The position numbers and the translations under genes were made by a program. Shown here piece after piece: positions 51,041-60,518 of a stretch of 64,000 nucleotides of DNA. The stretch's first letter is position 1. Each line of letters starts with the position of its first letter. This DNA is from Acidobacteriota bacterium (lineage in GTDB: Bacteria > Acidobacteriota > Vicinamibacteria > Vicinamibacterales > 2-12-FULL-66-21), in NCBI GenBank assembly GCA_016184105.1, contig JACPDI010000027.1, positions 52,112-116,111 on the forward strand. The letters run 5' to 3'. The notes below the pieces were generated by a model. It had not been told where the DNA came from. It was given only the letters and a program-made list of their open reading frames with translations, and searched no databases.

Positions 51041-52402
51041 CTACACGACCGCGGATGGTACCGGCGCGTCCCCGAACGCCGGCGCGGGCGCGTTATCCAC
51101 CGCCCGGGCCGCCACAGCCGTCTTCGTGATCCGATCGAGCGCCATCGTCAGTCCGGCGATGTTCCAGAAGATATGCACGTACTGGAAGGGAATGAAGCAC
51201 GCCCCCACCGCATAGACGAAGAGACTGGTTTCCAGCGCGGTCGCATACACGCCGAACTCGGCGTCGATCGTGCCCTGTCGGGCCTGCCGGCGCGCCCGCC
51301 GGCAGGCAATCAGGGCAAGCAGCATGGTGGAGCCGAACAGCATGAGACCCGGGAAACCAAGCTCCGCCAGCACCCCGAACCACGCGCTGTGGACGGAGCG
51401 GTGGGTACCGAACTCGCCGCCCGAAAAATCGTACGCGTCGAAGCTTGGGTTGTAACCGAGATAACCCACACCGGTCAGCGGGCGGTCGCGCGCCATGTCG
51501 ACGGCGACCGTCCAGAAGTGAAGCCGTCCCATGGCCGACCGGTCCCCGCGATCAGTCTCCGGGCCGCCGTCATCGTCGCGATTGATGACGCGATCGGCCG
51601 CCAAGCGAATCGTCTCCATCCGGTCCCAGAACTTCTCGGGAAAGACGGTCAGAATGAGCCCCGCCAGCAGCCCCACTCCAACTGCCGCGCGCACCTTGTG
51701 CCGCGAGCGCAGGAAATACAGCATGCCGAGGACGCCGGCTGACAGGAATCCACCGCGGGAATAGGTCGCGATCCCCCGGAACACGACCCCGACTGCCATG
51801 AAACGGTGCACGACCGCTTCCGATCGCCGGGCGGCGGTGCTCGCGAGCGCGAGCAGCAGCGGCGTTAGCATGAACATCGCCAGCGCGGCACCGTTTTCAT
51901 CGCCGAACGGTGGAATGCGGTTGACGTTCTTTGCTCCCGGGTTGAGCAGCAGTTGCAACCATCCCTGCTTCGACGCCTCGAACCCGAGCGATACGGCAAT
52001 CACCAGGAGCGTGAGCCGGAAGCGCAGCCGATCGCTCACGAGCGTCGCCACCGCGTACGTCACCACGAGGGATTTCGCCAGATCGGGCCAGTAAGCCCAC
52101 GAGTACTCCGCGTGCGGACCCAGCGCCGTGGAGAGAATGCTCTGAAGCAGGAACAGGAAGAGCACGACCGTCCGCAGGTCGAGCCGGATCCGCTCGCGCT
52201 CCCGAGAAAGCAACAGCGATCCCACGAGCGCCAATCCGGCGATGAACGACAGATTGAGCTGTCCGACGAAATCACCCCACACCCACTGCTCCGGTCTGAA
52301 GTACGCAATCCAGAGGTAGAGGAGGAGGACGTAGAACGGGCCGCGAAGGCCGTAGAAGATACCCACGCCGGCGATGCTCATGACGAACAGATTGCGCAGC
52401 AT
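51041..52402 (-). CDS. O-antigen ligase / Wzy-like membrane protein (exosortase-system O-glycosylation ligase-like)
   Basis: ORF 51041..52414 trimmed to ATG 52402 (SD GGAGGA 52403..52408). 10 or more TM helices. Loop ..RSAMGRLHFWTVAVDMARDRPLTGVGYLGY.. typical of the Wzy_C/O-antigen ligase family. Confidence 0.8.
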   Translation of the reverse strand: MLRNLFVMSIAGVGIFYGLRGPFYVLLLYLWIAYFRPEQWVWGDFVGQLNLSFIAGLALVGSLLLSRERERIRLDLRTVVLFLFLLQSILSTALGPHAEYSWAYWPDLAKSLVVTYAVATLVSDRLRFRLTLLVIAVSLGFEASKQGWLQLLLNPGAKNVNRIPPFGDENGAALAMFMLTPLLLALASTAARRSEAVVHRFMAVGVVFRGIATYSRGGFLSAGVLGMLYFLRSRHKVRAAVGVGLLAGLILTVFPEKFWDRMETIRLAADRVINRDDDGGPETDRGDRSAMGRLHFWTVAVDMARDRPLTGVGYLGYNPSFDAYDFSGGEFGTHRSVHSAWFGVLAELGFPGLMLFGSTMLLALIACRRARRQARQGTIDAEFGVYATALETSLFVYAVGACFIPFQYVHIFWNIAGLTMALDRITKTAVAARAVDNAPAPAFGDAPVPSAVV

Positions 52403-52417
52403 TCCTCCGTGCACGCT

Positions 52418-52433
52418 CGCAAACCGCCGGCCA
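52418..52433 (-). promoter_or_regulatory. sigma-54-type -24/-12 promoter candidate for the ligase-like gene: TGGCCG-gcggt-TTGCG
   Basis: Reverse complement of 52418..52433 reads TGGCCGGCGGTTTGCG. The C of the -12 GC is 17 nt upstream of ATG 52402. Confidence 0.55.
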
Positions 52434-52557
52434 CCTGGGGGCAGACTTCTTCCGCCTCAGCAGCGTCACGATCGGCATCTGACCGCCTCCGGGAAGACCA
52501 AAGTCTTCCGCGAAGGAGACAATCGCCTGGCGCGGTGTGGCCTGGCGCCCGGCTCCC

Positions 52558-52573
52558 GGGCGACACTCTTGCA
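52558..52573 (+). promoter_or_regulatory. sigma-54-type -24/-12 candidate for ST4: GGGCGA-cactc-TTGCA
   Basis: GG-N10-GC spacing is correct and the -12 TTGCA is perfect, but the -24 is moderate. 29 nt upstream of ATG 52602. Confidence 0.35.
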
Positions 52574-52601
52574 GTCGCCCGAGGAGCGCGAAAGGCGACT
52601 G

Positions 52602-53582
52602 ATGACCACCGGAACAGCGGCCGTTCGAGTGCCGGAGCCCGCGGCGATGCCCTCCCCGACGGGGGCCAATTACGCGTTCATCGTCGGGCACTACAAGAGC
52701 GGGAGCACGTGGCTGGCGAACCTGCTGGCCCTGCATCCGGATATCCGCTGCCTCGGCGAGACGAACGTCTTTCGTTATGCGGCCACGCAGGACATCGCCA
52801 CGGCCACGCGTAACCTGTTTACCAGCTCGTACTGGAGCGGCGGCGGCCTCGCCAGGCTGCCGCGGCATCGGCTGGCGGTCGCGGCGGCCGCTGTGCAGGG
52901 GCTGTGGCGGCAGGCCCCCCCGCGGACCGCGCGTCCCTCGACGCTGCTGGATCTCAGCCTGCTCGACCAGCGCGCGCTCAGGCGCGAGCTGCTGGCCAGC
53001 AGGTCGGGCGAGGATTACTGCCGCCGCTTCTTCGACTTCGTGGGCGCGCGCCTCAAGCCGCGCGCGTACCTGGTCGAGAAGACGCCCAATCACGTGCTCG
53101 TGACCCCGTTCATCCGGTCGGTCTTTCCCGAGGCACGGCTCGTCGCCGTGTATCGCGACGGGCGCGATGTCGTCGTCTCCGATCGGTTCTTCTCGGCGCG
53201 GCGCGGCCGGGCGTGGAATTTCGCGGCGAGCGTCGAATACTGGCGCCGGCTGATCGAAGCGCAGCGCGCGTACGCGTCGAAGTACGGCATCTTCACCTGC
53301 GCTTACGAGTCGCTGCTCGAGGATGGCGCCGGGACGGTCGCCGGGCTGCTGCGGTTCCTGGGGCTCCCCGCCGACGAGCACGTGTCCGCGATGCTGCGCT
53401 ACTCGTCGATCAGTTTCATGACCGGGCGCCGGCCGGGAGACGAGGACCGAGGAAGTTTCTACCGCAGGGGCGTCCGCGGCGACTGGCGGAATCACTTCAC
53501 CGACGAGGACAAGCGCCGGTTCAAGGAGATCGCCGGCGACCTGCTGATCGAGCTGGGGTACGAACGCGACGGAGACTGGTGA
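52602..53582 (+). CDS. sulfotransferase family protein (ST4)
   Basis: ORF 52374..53582 trimmed to ATG 52602. 5'-PSB FIVGHYKSGSTWLANLL, 3'-PB AVYRDGRDVVVSD, C-terminal RRGVRGDWRNHFT. Confidence 0.85.
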   Translation: MTTGTAAVRVPEPAAMPSPTGANYAFIVGHYKSGSTWLANLLALHPDIRCLGETNVFRYAATQDIATATRNLFTSSYWSGGGLARLPRHRLAVAAAAVQGLWRQAPPRTARPSTLLDLSLLDQRALRRELLASRSGEDYCRRFFDFVGARLKPRAYLVEKTPNHVLVTPFIRSVFPEARLVAVYRDGRDVVVSDRFFSARRGRAWNFAASVEYWRRLIEAQRAYASKYGIFTCAYESLLEDGAGTVAGLLRFLGLPADEHVSAMLRYSSISFMTGRRPGDEDRGSFYRRGVRGDWRNHFTDEDKRRFKEIAGDLLIELGYERDGDW

Positions 53583-53597
53583 CGGGCCGCGATCGCC

Positions 53598-54635
53598 CTA
53601 CGGAATGCACCGCACGATGTGCGGTCCAACCAGGCGGGTCACCGGCAGCGGCAGGCGTTTCCAGATCGCAACCGCGCGGCGGTATTTCGCGCTGGCGGGG
53701 CTGAAGTCAGGCAGCGCGGCGCCGCCGACCTGGAGGTACTCCCAGTGGAGCGCGTCCGGGACGGCCCCCCACTGTTTCTTGAACTCGAAGTGGCTGTCGC
53801 CGATGGTGGACCGGCCGAAATCGAACTGCCGCGCGTGCGCGTCGACGGCCCGCCCGATGGCCGCCCAGTAGAGCATCTGGTTCGCACACCACTCGCGGCC
53901 GCGGCGCAGGGCCGACGCCCACGGCATCTCCACGCGGTCGCGGTACGTGATCGTGATGCCCGCCGCCAGCGGCTCTCCGCCGCGGCTGACCACGATCACC
54001 GCCGCGCGCGGGCCAACCTCCTGCAGGACTTCTTCGCAGAGGTTGCGGCCGTACACCGGCGTGCCCAGGTCGCGCATGTTGGTCGCGAAGATCTCATAGA
54101 AGGCGTCGAGCAGCTCCCGCCCTCCGGCGGCAACGTCCAGGCCGCTCTTCTCCGACTTGCGAATCTGGTTCCGCAGCTTGCGGTCGAACAGCCCGAACAG
54201 CGCGTCGCGGGTGGACGGCAGCGCCAGCTCCATCGCCACCTTGTGGGCGCGGAACGGCAGCGAGCCGAATCGGCGCGCGCGGTGGCGCAGCTCCACGTGG
54301 CTGTAGCCCCCGGCGCGGGCCAGCGCGCCGGCCGCGCCGAGCAGCGCGTCGGCCGTGCGCGCGGCGGACGCCAGCACGCCGCCGTAATTCACGAACGGCA
54401 GCGACACGACGAAGCGCCCGAAGACCGGCGACCGCATTGCGACGAGCGGCAGCACCCCGGCCATCACGCCGCCGGTCCTTGCCACCAGATATCTGGTCTG
54501 GTGCCCGAACGCCCGCGCGATGATCGCCCGCCACTCCCAGCGGTGGTAGACGGCGGCCTCAGGGTGCCCGTCGACGAACGCGTCCCATTCCTCGCGGCAG
54601 GTGGCCTCGGTCACGGAGAGCGGCGCGTCAGACAT
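53598..54635 (-). CDS. FemAB-family protein, PEP-CTERM-system-associated type
   Basis: ORF 53598..54635. EEWDAFVDGHPEAAVYHRWEWRAII..SLPFVNYGG..FEFKKQWGA, typical of the FemAB-like acyl/aminoacyl transferase fold. Confidence 0.8.
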   Translation of the reverse strand: MSDAPLSVTEATCREEWDAFVDGHPEAAVYHRWEWRAIIARAFGHQTRYLVARTGGVMAGVLPLVAMRSPVFGRFVVSLPFVNYGGVLASAARTADALLGAAGALARAGGYSHVELRHRARRFGSLPFRAHKVAMELALPSTRDALFGLFDRKLRNQIRKSEKSGLDVAAGGRELLDAFYEIFATNMRDLGTPVYGRNLCEEVLQEVGPRAAVIVVSRGGEPLAAGITITYRDRVEMPWASALRRGREWCANQMLYWAAIGRAVDAHARQFDFGRSTIGDSHFEFKKQWGAVPDALHWEYLQVGGAALPDFSPASAKYRRAVAIWKRLPLPVTRLVGPHIVRCIP

Positions 54636-56292
54636 CGGTGTCGCTCCTGAGCAGCCAGTAGTCCTTCATCATCAGGAACCGGCCCATCACCAGCGCATCG
54701 ATGGCGGACGAGAACGTCGTCCGGATCGCGTCGCGCGGCGCACACGCGGTCGGCTCGCCGTGGGCGGTCAGCGGCGTGTTGATCAGCCCGGGCACGCCGG
54801 TGCGCGTGCGATGGATGCGCAGCAGCTCGGCCAGCTCGGGCGCCTGCGCCGGGTCGACGGTGTGGACGGTCATGGCGTTGCGCGCGTCGAGCGCCGCGCG
54901 CAGCAGCGGCCGCGCCTCCGGACGAACGGTTCCCCGCAGCAACATGAAGGGGGACCGCAGCGGCACGTCCAGGCACGCGTCCGCCGCGGCGTCGGTCAGC
55001 GACACGGGCAGCCACGCCTCGTCGGTGGGACGACCGAGATAGTGGGTGAGGTTCTCGCGCGCGTAGGGTCGCGACGGATCGCAGAGAATGCTGCGGCTGC
55101 CCAGCGAGCGCGCACCGAAATCGAGCGCGCCCTGGAACCAGGCGATCGTCTTTCCGGACTCGAGCAGGCGCGACACGCGCGTCAGCAGCCGTTCCCATGC
55201 AGGCTCGTAGACGTAGTCGAGACGGCAGTTCTCGATCGTCTGCTTCATCTCCGGTTCCGAGAACGCGGGACCGAGCGACAGCCCGTCGAACCGCGATGCC
55301 GCGGAATCGGTGGCCACCGCGGCGCCGATCGCGCCGCCCGCTTCTTCGGGCACGGGCGCCACCCAGACCCGATCCCCGAGCTCGAGGCGGACCGCGGTGT
55401 TCACGGCGTCCGATCCGAACACACTGCCCCCGAGCCCAACCGCGTCGACGTGGAGCAGCGCCGCGGCCGCGTGACACAGGCGCGCCGCCAGTTCGTGGAC
55501 GCGAATGCAGAAGCCGGCTGCCAGGTCCCGCCGTCGCTGGCGCACACGCGCGTGGAGGCTGTCGGCCTGCGCCAGGTCGCCGATTCCCGACGCCGCCCCC
55601 GCCACGAGCGCGTCGAGGCGCGATTCGTCGAAGTAGAAGCCCGGCTGCGCGCTCCAGCCGATCACCGTACCGAAGGCCTGCGCGAACGTGGCGTCCCCGG
55701 CGGAGCCCAACCGCTCGAGCGCATCGAGCGCCCCGTCGCCGGCGGCGCAGCCAAGCCGCGCGGCCAGGTCGGCAGCCGCCGCGATGAGACGCTCCACGCC
55801 GCCAATCGCCATCACGCGCCCGATGACGGGGCCATCCTTGTAGAACAACGACCCGCGGCGCGCGACTCCATCGACAATGACGATGGCCATGCGCTCGGCA
55901 GATGAAGAGGCCGCGACCTGCAGCGCCTGCGCGCGAAGCCCCTCGACCAGCCACGCGGGCTTTTCGTCGAGGGCATCCGCCAGGGCGAGACGCGCGTGGC
56001 CCGTGTTGAGCCGCGCCCGCAGGCGCAGGCCGCGGCGCAACGCCCGCACGTCGGCCGCGCCGGCGGCCCCGCGGTCGGCGAGCGCGATGGCCGTCACGGC
56101 GTGCGCAGGCAGGTGCGCGCGTTCCAGGCACGCGGCCAGCGCCGCCATCGGCACGCCGGGGCTCCGGACGCCAGCGCCCGCAGCGTTTCTCGACACGCTG
56201 CACTCCGACACCGCGGCGACGACCTGGCCGTTCACCGACAGCGCCGCGGCGGCCTCGCCGCTCCGGCCGCCGATGCCCAGCACGACACCCAT
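54628..56292 (-). CDS. carbamoyltransferase-family (NodU/CmcH-like) paralog with a degenerate N-terminal catalytic domain
   Basis: ORF 54628..56292. N-terminus MGVVLGIGGRSGEAAAALSVNGQVVAAV and C-terminal FGARSLGSRSILCDPS resemble NodU. The HHxxH metal motif present in the neighbour is absent. Confidence 0.7.
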   Translation of the reverse strand: MGVVLGIGGRSGEAAAALSVNGQVVAAVSECSVSRNAAGAGVRSPGVPMAALAACLERAHLPAHAVTAIALADRGAAGAADVRALRRGLRLRARLNTGHARLALADALDEKPAWLVEGLRAQALQVAASSSAERMAIVIVDGVARRGSLFYKDGPVIGRVMAIGGVERLIAAAADLAARLGCAAGDGALDALERLGSAGDATFAQAFGTVIGWSAQPGFYFDESRLDALVAGAASGIGDLAQADSLHARVRQRRRDLAAGFCIRVHELAARLCHAAAALLHVDAVGLGGSVFGSDAVNTAVRLELGDRVWVAPVPEEAGGAIGAAVATDSAASRFDGLSLGPAFSEPEMKQTIENCRLDYVYEPAWERLLTRVSRLLESGKTIAWFQGALDFGARSLGSRSILCDPSRPYARENLTHYLGRPTDEAWLPVSLTDAAADACLDVPLRSPFMLLRGTVRPEARPLLRAALDARNAMTVHTVDPAQAPELAELLRIHRTRTGVPGLINTPLTAHGEPTACAPRDAIRTTFSSAIDALVMGRFLMMKDYWLLRSDTDV

Positions 56293-56294
56293 GG

Positions 56295-58124
56295 CTACCG
56301 CCGCACCGACGGGTGCGCCACGAGGAAGTCCCCGATGGCCAGGTAATCGAGGTTGCCCGCCAGGAACGCCCGCACCGCATCATCGGGCGTGCAGACGATC
56401 GGCTCCTCGTGCATGTTGAAGCTCGTGTTGATGAGCGAGGGAATACCGGTGAGGGCGTAATACTCGGAGAGGATCCGATGGAAGCTCGGGTTCGATCGGC
56501 TCGTCACCAGCTGGGGGCGCGCCGTGCCGTCCACGTGCACGGCCGCCGGGCAGTCCGTCTTCATCCGTTCCGTGCAGTCGAAGGTAATCGTCATGAACTG
56601 AGCGGCGTAGTCGGCGCCATCCACCCGCTGGTAGCACTCGTGGCGGTGCTCGTAGAGCGTCGCGGGCGCGAACGGCATGAACTCGGTCCGGCCGAGCCGC
56701 TGGTTGAGCCACTGGTTCACCGCCGGTTCCTGCGCGTGGTACAGAATCGACCGGTTCCCCAGCGCCCGCGGACCGTACTCCATCCGCCCGTTGAAGCGCG
56801 CCACCACCTTGCCCGCCGCCGCCAGGCTGGCGATCTTCTTCTCGATTGGCGAGTAGCGGTCGAACGGCAGTCCCGCGCTGCGCAGCGACGCGGCGATCTC
56901 GGTCTCGCCGTAGCACGGACCGAAGAACACGTCGTCGAGGGCGGATCCGCGGAAGCCGTTGCCGGCAAACGCGAGAAGGCCCGCACCGGTGCCGCAGCCG
57001 CCGTCGCCCATGTGGGGGTGGATGAAGATCGCGTCCACTTCGGGAATCTCGCGGAGCCGCTGGTTCAACTTCACGTTCGCCGTGACGCCGCCCGAGAGCA
57101 CGAGGTGCCGGAGCCCCGTCTTCTGAAGATAGTGGCGGACGAAGCCCACCGACACGTCCTCGAGCACGCGCTGGTACGCGGCCGCGACGTCCTGCATCGG
57201 AAAGTCGCTGGCGAGCATGCGCACGAAGAACACGTTGTTGCTCTCGATGATGCGGAAGGCGCCGGCGAGGATCTCGAACCGCGAGCGCACGACGTCGCCG
57301 AGGACGGACGGATCGCCGTAGGCCGCGAGCCCGACGATCTTCCCCTCGTGGCGGCACGGCCGGAACCCGAGGCCCGAGGTGACCGACTCGTAGAAGGTGC
57401 CCAGCGAGTGCGGGTACTCGAGGTCGAACAGGCGTTCGATGCGTCCCTCCCGTCCCACGCTGACGGACCCGGCCAGGCCGGAGCCGTAGCCGTCGAGCGT
57501 GACCACCAGCGCCTCGTCGAACCCCGACGTGTAGAACGCGTTGGCTGCGTGGCTCTCGTGGTGCTCGACCCGGCGCAGGCGGTCGCGCAGGCCCAGTTCG
57601 TCGAGGGCCGTCTCGAGCTCCGCCTGCCACTGCATGTGGTACGCGGTGGCCGCCTTCCCCCACTGGCTCAGCGCGCGCTTCGCCACGTTCCTGGACACGA
57701 CGCCGTCGACGGACGCCACCCGGTATGCGAGCCGCTTCATCAGCGGTTTTTCCTTGCGTTGATTCGGCTGCCGCAGCCCCGGCACCGGGTCGCGGCGCGC
57801 CGGCACGCGCCGGCGCGCGTCGTCGATCAATTGCTGGACCGGCGCGGGCTCCGTGCGCTGCAGCCGCTCCCGCTCGCGCGCGATATTGCGCTCGAACAGG
57901 CGCGTCTCCTCTTCCCACGTGAGGAACGGGTAGGTGACCACGTCGATCTCGGACGGATCCGTGCCCGTGCAGTCGAGCGCGCCCTGCAGCGCGCGCCACG
58001 GAAATCCGCTCTGCAGCTTCTGACGGGTGAAGCGCTCTTCGCCGGCCGCGAACAGGATGCGTCCGTCCTCGAGCAGGGTCACGGTGGAGTCGGTGTCGAG
58101 CGGTGAAATCGCCAGTACCTTCAT
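56295..58124 (-). CDS. carbamoyltransferase (NodU/CmcH/TobZ family)
   Basis: ORF 56295..58271 trimmed to ATG 58124. MKVLAISPLDTDSTVTLLEDGRILFAAGEERFTRQK, VEHHESHAANAF, YGPRALGNRSILYHA, INTSFNMHEEPIV. Confidence 0.85.
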   Translation of the reverse strand: MKVLAISPLDTDSTVTLLEDGRILFAAGEERFTRQKLQSGFPWRALQGALDCTGTDPSEIDVVTYPFLTWEEETRLFERNIARERERLQRTEPAPVQQLIDDARRRVPARRDPVPGLRQPNQRKEKPLMKRLAYRVASVDGVVSRNVAKRALSQWGKAATAYHMQWQAELETALDELGLRDRLRRVEHHESHAANAFYTSGFDEALVVTLDGYGSGLAGSVSVGREGRIERLFDLEYPHSLGTFYESVTSGLGFRPCRHEGKIVGLAAYGDPSVLGDVVRSRFEILAGAFRIIESNNVFFVRMLASDFPMQDVAAAYQRVLEDVSVGFVRHYLQKTGLRHLVLSGGVTANVKLNQRLREIPEVDAIFIHPHMGDGGCGTGAGLLAFAGNGFRGSALDDVFFGPCYGETEIAASLRSAGLPFDRYSPIEKKIASLAAAGKVVARFNGRMEYGPRALGNRSILYHAQEPAVNQWLNQRLGRTEFMPFAPATLYEHRHECYQRVDGADYAAQFMTITFDCTERMKTDCPAAVHVDGTARPQLVTSRSNPSFHRILSEYYALTGIPSLINTSFNMHEEPIVCTPDDAVRAFLAGNLDYLAIGDFLVAHPSVRR

Positions 58125-58140
58125 ATGACAGCTCGTGCCC

Positions 58141-59181
58141 TCAGTGCACCAGTCCGGCGGCGATTCGCCGGGGCCGGTGCGAGAACGTCCGGTCGCGGAA
58201 CTCCTCCAGCGTGCAGGTGACGCCGTCAGCCGCGGTGAGGAAGAACTCCAGGTAACGATCCAGCGTCGCAATGAATCGCTGGAGGCCGGCGCGATCGCGG
58301 ACGTACGGCGTGTGGCCCGGTTCGAGCGACGGGCTGTGAAACGACAGCGTGAACGTCCGCAGCCCCTCGGCGAGCAGCGTGCGGGTCAGCCGGCACATCT
58401 CGGCCAGGCTGTGACCTTCGGGGCTCAGCATCACGCGGTCCGTGATGCGCGCACGGGACAGCGCGCCTGCGAGGTGGAGCCGGGCCGCCCGCGGATGCTC
58501 CGCCAGGGCTCGAAGCGCGCGCCGGGCGCTTCCGGCGATCCCGGTGAAGCCCGCCGTGCAGGGAAGCTCCAGCAGCGCCGCATCGCGCCCGAGGGCAAAC
58601 GGCCTCGCGTCGAACGCGGTGAACGACGGCCCGCCCGACGCCTCGAACGTCATGTGCGGGCACACGCTCACGTCGATGCCGAACTGCAGCTTCTGCAGCA
58701 CGCGCACGGTCGTCCGATCGAAACCGTAGCGGCCCGCCTTGTACACCCGCGGCGCGCGGCCGAAACTCTCCGTGATGCGTTCCTTGAGCCGCTGGAGCTT
58801 GGCCTCCTGCAGCACGCCGAGGTTGCAGCTGAAGCTGTTCGCCGCGCTCAGCCGCTCCAGGAAAGGGGGCGTGACCCACGGATGAAGGTGCGCGCCGATC
58901 GCGCATTCCCCCGACGCGAGCAGCGATCGGAGCATGCCGGTGGCATTCGCATCGGCGGCAACGGGAAAGTCGACAACGTAGGTGGGGACGACGCCGTACC
59001 GGCGGAACACGGCCTGCGCGACCGGCAGCTGCTCGATCGCGCGCACGCGGGTGTTCTGGCGGGAGAACGGGGCGTCCCAGTCGAACTCCTCTTCCGTGTC
59101 GACGACGACACAGAGCGTCGGCCGCGCGGCGGGGTCCGCCGGAAGATACCGGGCGCCGAGCTGCTCCGGCGTGACCTTCAT
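58141..59181 (-). CDS. polysaccharide deacetylase-like protein (WalW-like)
   Basis: Tail of ORF 58141..60468, starting at ATG 59181 (ATGA overlap with the ugd stop). LCVVVDTEEEFDWDAPF..IGAHLHPW. Confidence 0.6.
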   Translation of the reverse strand: MKVTPEQLGARYLPADPAARPTLCVVVDTEEEFDWDAPFSRQNTRVRAIEQLPVAQAVFRRYGVVPTYVVDFPVAADANATGMLRSLLASGECAIGAHLHPWVTPPFLERLSAANSFSCNLGVLQEAKLQRLKERITESFGRAPRVYKAGRYGFDRTTVRVLQKLQFGIDVSVCPHMTFEASGGPSFTAFDARPFALGRDAALLELPCTAGFTGIAGSARRALRALAEHPRAARLHLAGALSRARITDRVMLSPEGHSLAEMCRLTRTLLAEGLRTFTLSFHSPSLEPGHTPYVRDRAGLQRFIATLDRYLEFFLTAADGVTCTLEEFRDRTFSHRPRRIAAGLVH

Positions 59182-60518
59182 CGCGCCGCCCTCTCGACCG
59201 CGACCAGCGGGGCGCGGCGTCCGGTGGCGACATACGTGAATCCCAGCGATCGCACCCGCGCCGGATCCAGCACGTTCCGCACGTCCACGATGACGGCGTC
59301 CCGCATGACTCCCTGCAGGCGGTGCAGGTCGAGGCTGCGGAATTCGTTCCACTCGGTCATGATGACCACGGCATCGGCGCCATCGGCCGCCTCGTAGGCG
59401 GACTCCGCGTACGTCACCGCGTCCGCCTCGATGACCGCCGCCGCCGACGCGCAGGCCACCGGATCGAACGCCCGTACGATCGCGCCTTCCTCGACCAGCC
59501 GGATGCACAGATGGATCGCCGGCGACTCGCGGACGTCGCTCGTGTTCGGCTTGAACGCGAGCCCGAGCACCGCGATCGTCCGGCCCGCGAGTCCCGCCAC
59601 CGCTGCGGCGACCTTCGCCACGACGGCCTCCCCCTGCGCGATGTTGACGGCGATGGCCGACTCGACGATCCGCAGGGGCACGCCGTATCGGCGTCCGAGC
59701 GTGGCGAGCGCCCTCGTGTCTTTCGGAAAACACGATCCACCGAAGCCGGGGCCTGCGTGAAGGAACTTCGGCCCGATCCGCTTGTCGAGCCCCATCGCCT
59801 TCGCGACGACGTGCACGTCCACGCCGACCTCGTCGCAGAGGTTCGCGATCTCGTTCACGAAGCTGATCTTCGTCGCCAGGAACGCGTTGCACGCGTACTT
59901 GATCAGCTCCGCCGTCTCCGGATCGGTGCAGACAACCGGCGTGTCGATCAGGTACAGCGGTCGATACAGGTCGCGCATGATTGCGGACGCCTGCGCGCTG
60001 TTCGACCCGATGACCACGCGGTCCGGGCGCATGAAATCGCCCACGGCGGACCCCTCGCGGAGGAACTCGGGATTCGAGACGACGTCCACCCGCGCCGGCT
60101 GCAGCAGGTGCGCGCGCACGAGCTCCGACACGCGGCGGTTGGTGCCGACCGGCACGGTGCTCTTGATGGCGATGACGTGGTAGCCGTCCAGCTCCCGCGC
60201 GACCTCCACGATCGCGCGGTCCAGTTGCGTGAGATCGGGGCTTCCCGCGCCGTCGTCCGGCGTCCCGACCGCCAGGATGATGACGCGCGTGCCGGCGACG
60301 CCGTCCTTCAGCCGATGCGAAAACCGCAGGCGGCCGGCGGCGACATTGTGGTGCACCAGCTCGGAGGCGCCGGGCTCGTGAAACGGGAGCGCGCCGCGGC
60401 AGAGCCCTTCGATCCGGTCCGCGTCCGCATCGACGCACGTCACCGTGTGCCCGAAGTCGGCCAGGCACGCGCCCGTGACCAGTCCGACGTATCCCGCGCC
60501 GATCACCCCCACATTCAT
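59178..60518 (-). CDS. ugd: UDP-glucose 6-dehydrogenase
   Basis: Tail of ORF 59178..61433, starting at ATG 60518. MNVGVIGAGYVGLVTGACLA (Rossmann), GFGGSCFPKD (catalytic Cys), AFKPNTSDVRESP. Confidence 0.9.
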   Translation of the reverse strand: MNVGVIGAGYVGLVTGACLADFGHTVTCVDADADRIEGLCRGALPFHEPGASELVHHNVAAGRLRFSHRLKDGVAGTRVIILAVGTPDDGAGSPDLTQLDRAIVEVARELDGYHVIAIKSTVPVGTNRRVSELVRAHLLQPARVDVVSNPEFLREGSAVGDFMRPDRVVIGSNSAQASAIMRDLYRPLYLIDTPVVCTDPETAELIKYACNAFLATKISFVNEIANLCDEVGVDVHVVAKAMGLDKRIGPKFLHAGPGFGGSCFPKDTRALATLGRRYGVPLRIVESAIAVNIAQGEAVVAKVAAAVAGLAGRTIAVLGLAFKPNTSDVRESPAIHLCIRLVEEGAIVRAFDPVACASAAAVIEADAVTYAESAYEAADGADAVVIMTEWNEFRSLDLHRLQGVMRDAVIVDVRNVLDPARVRSLGFTYVATGRRAPLVAVERAAR

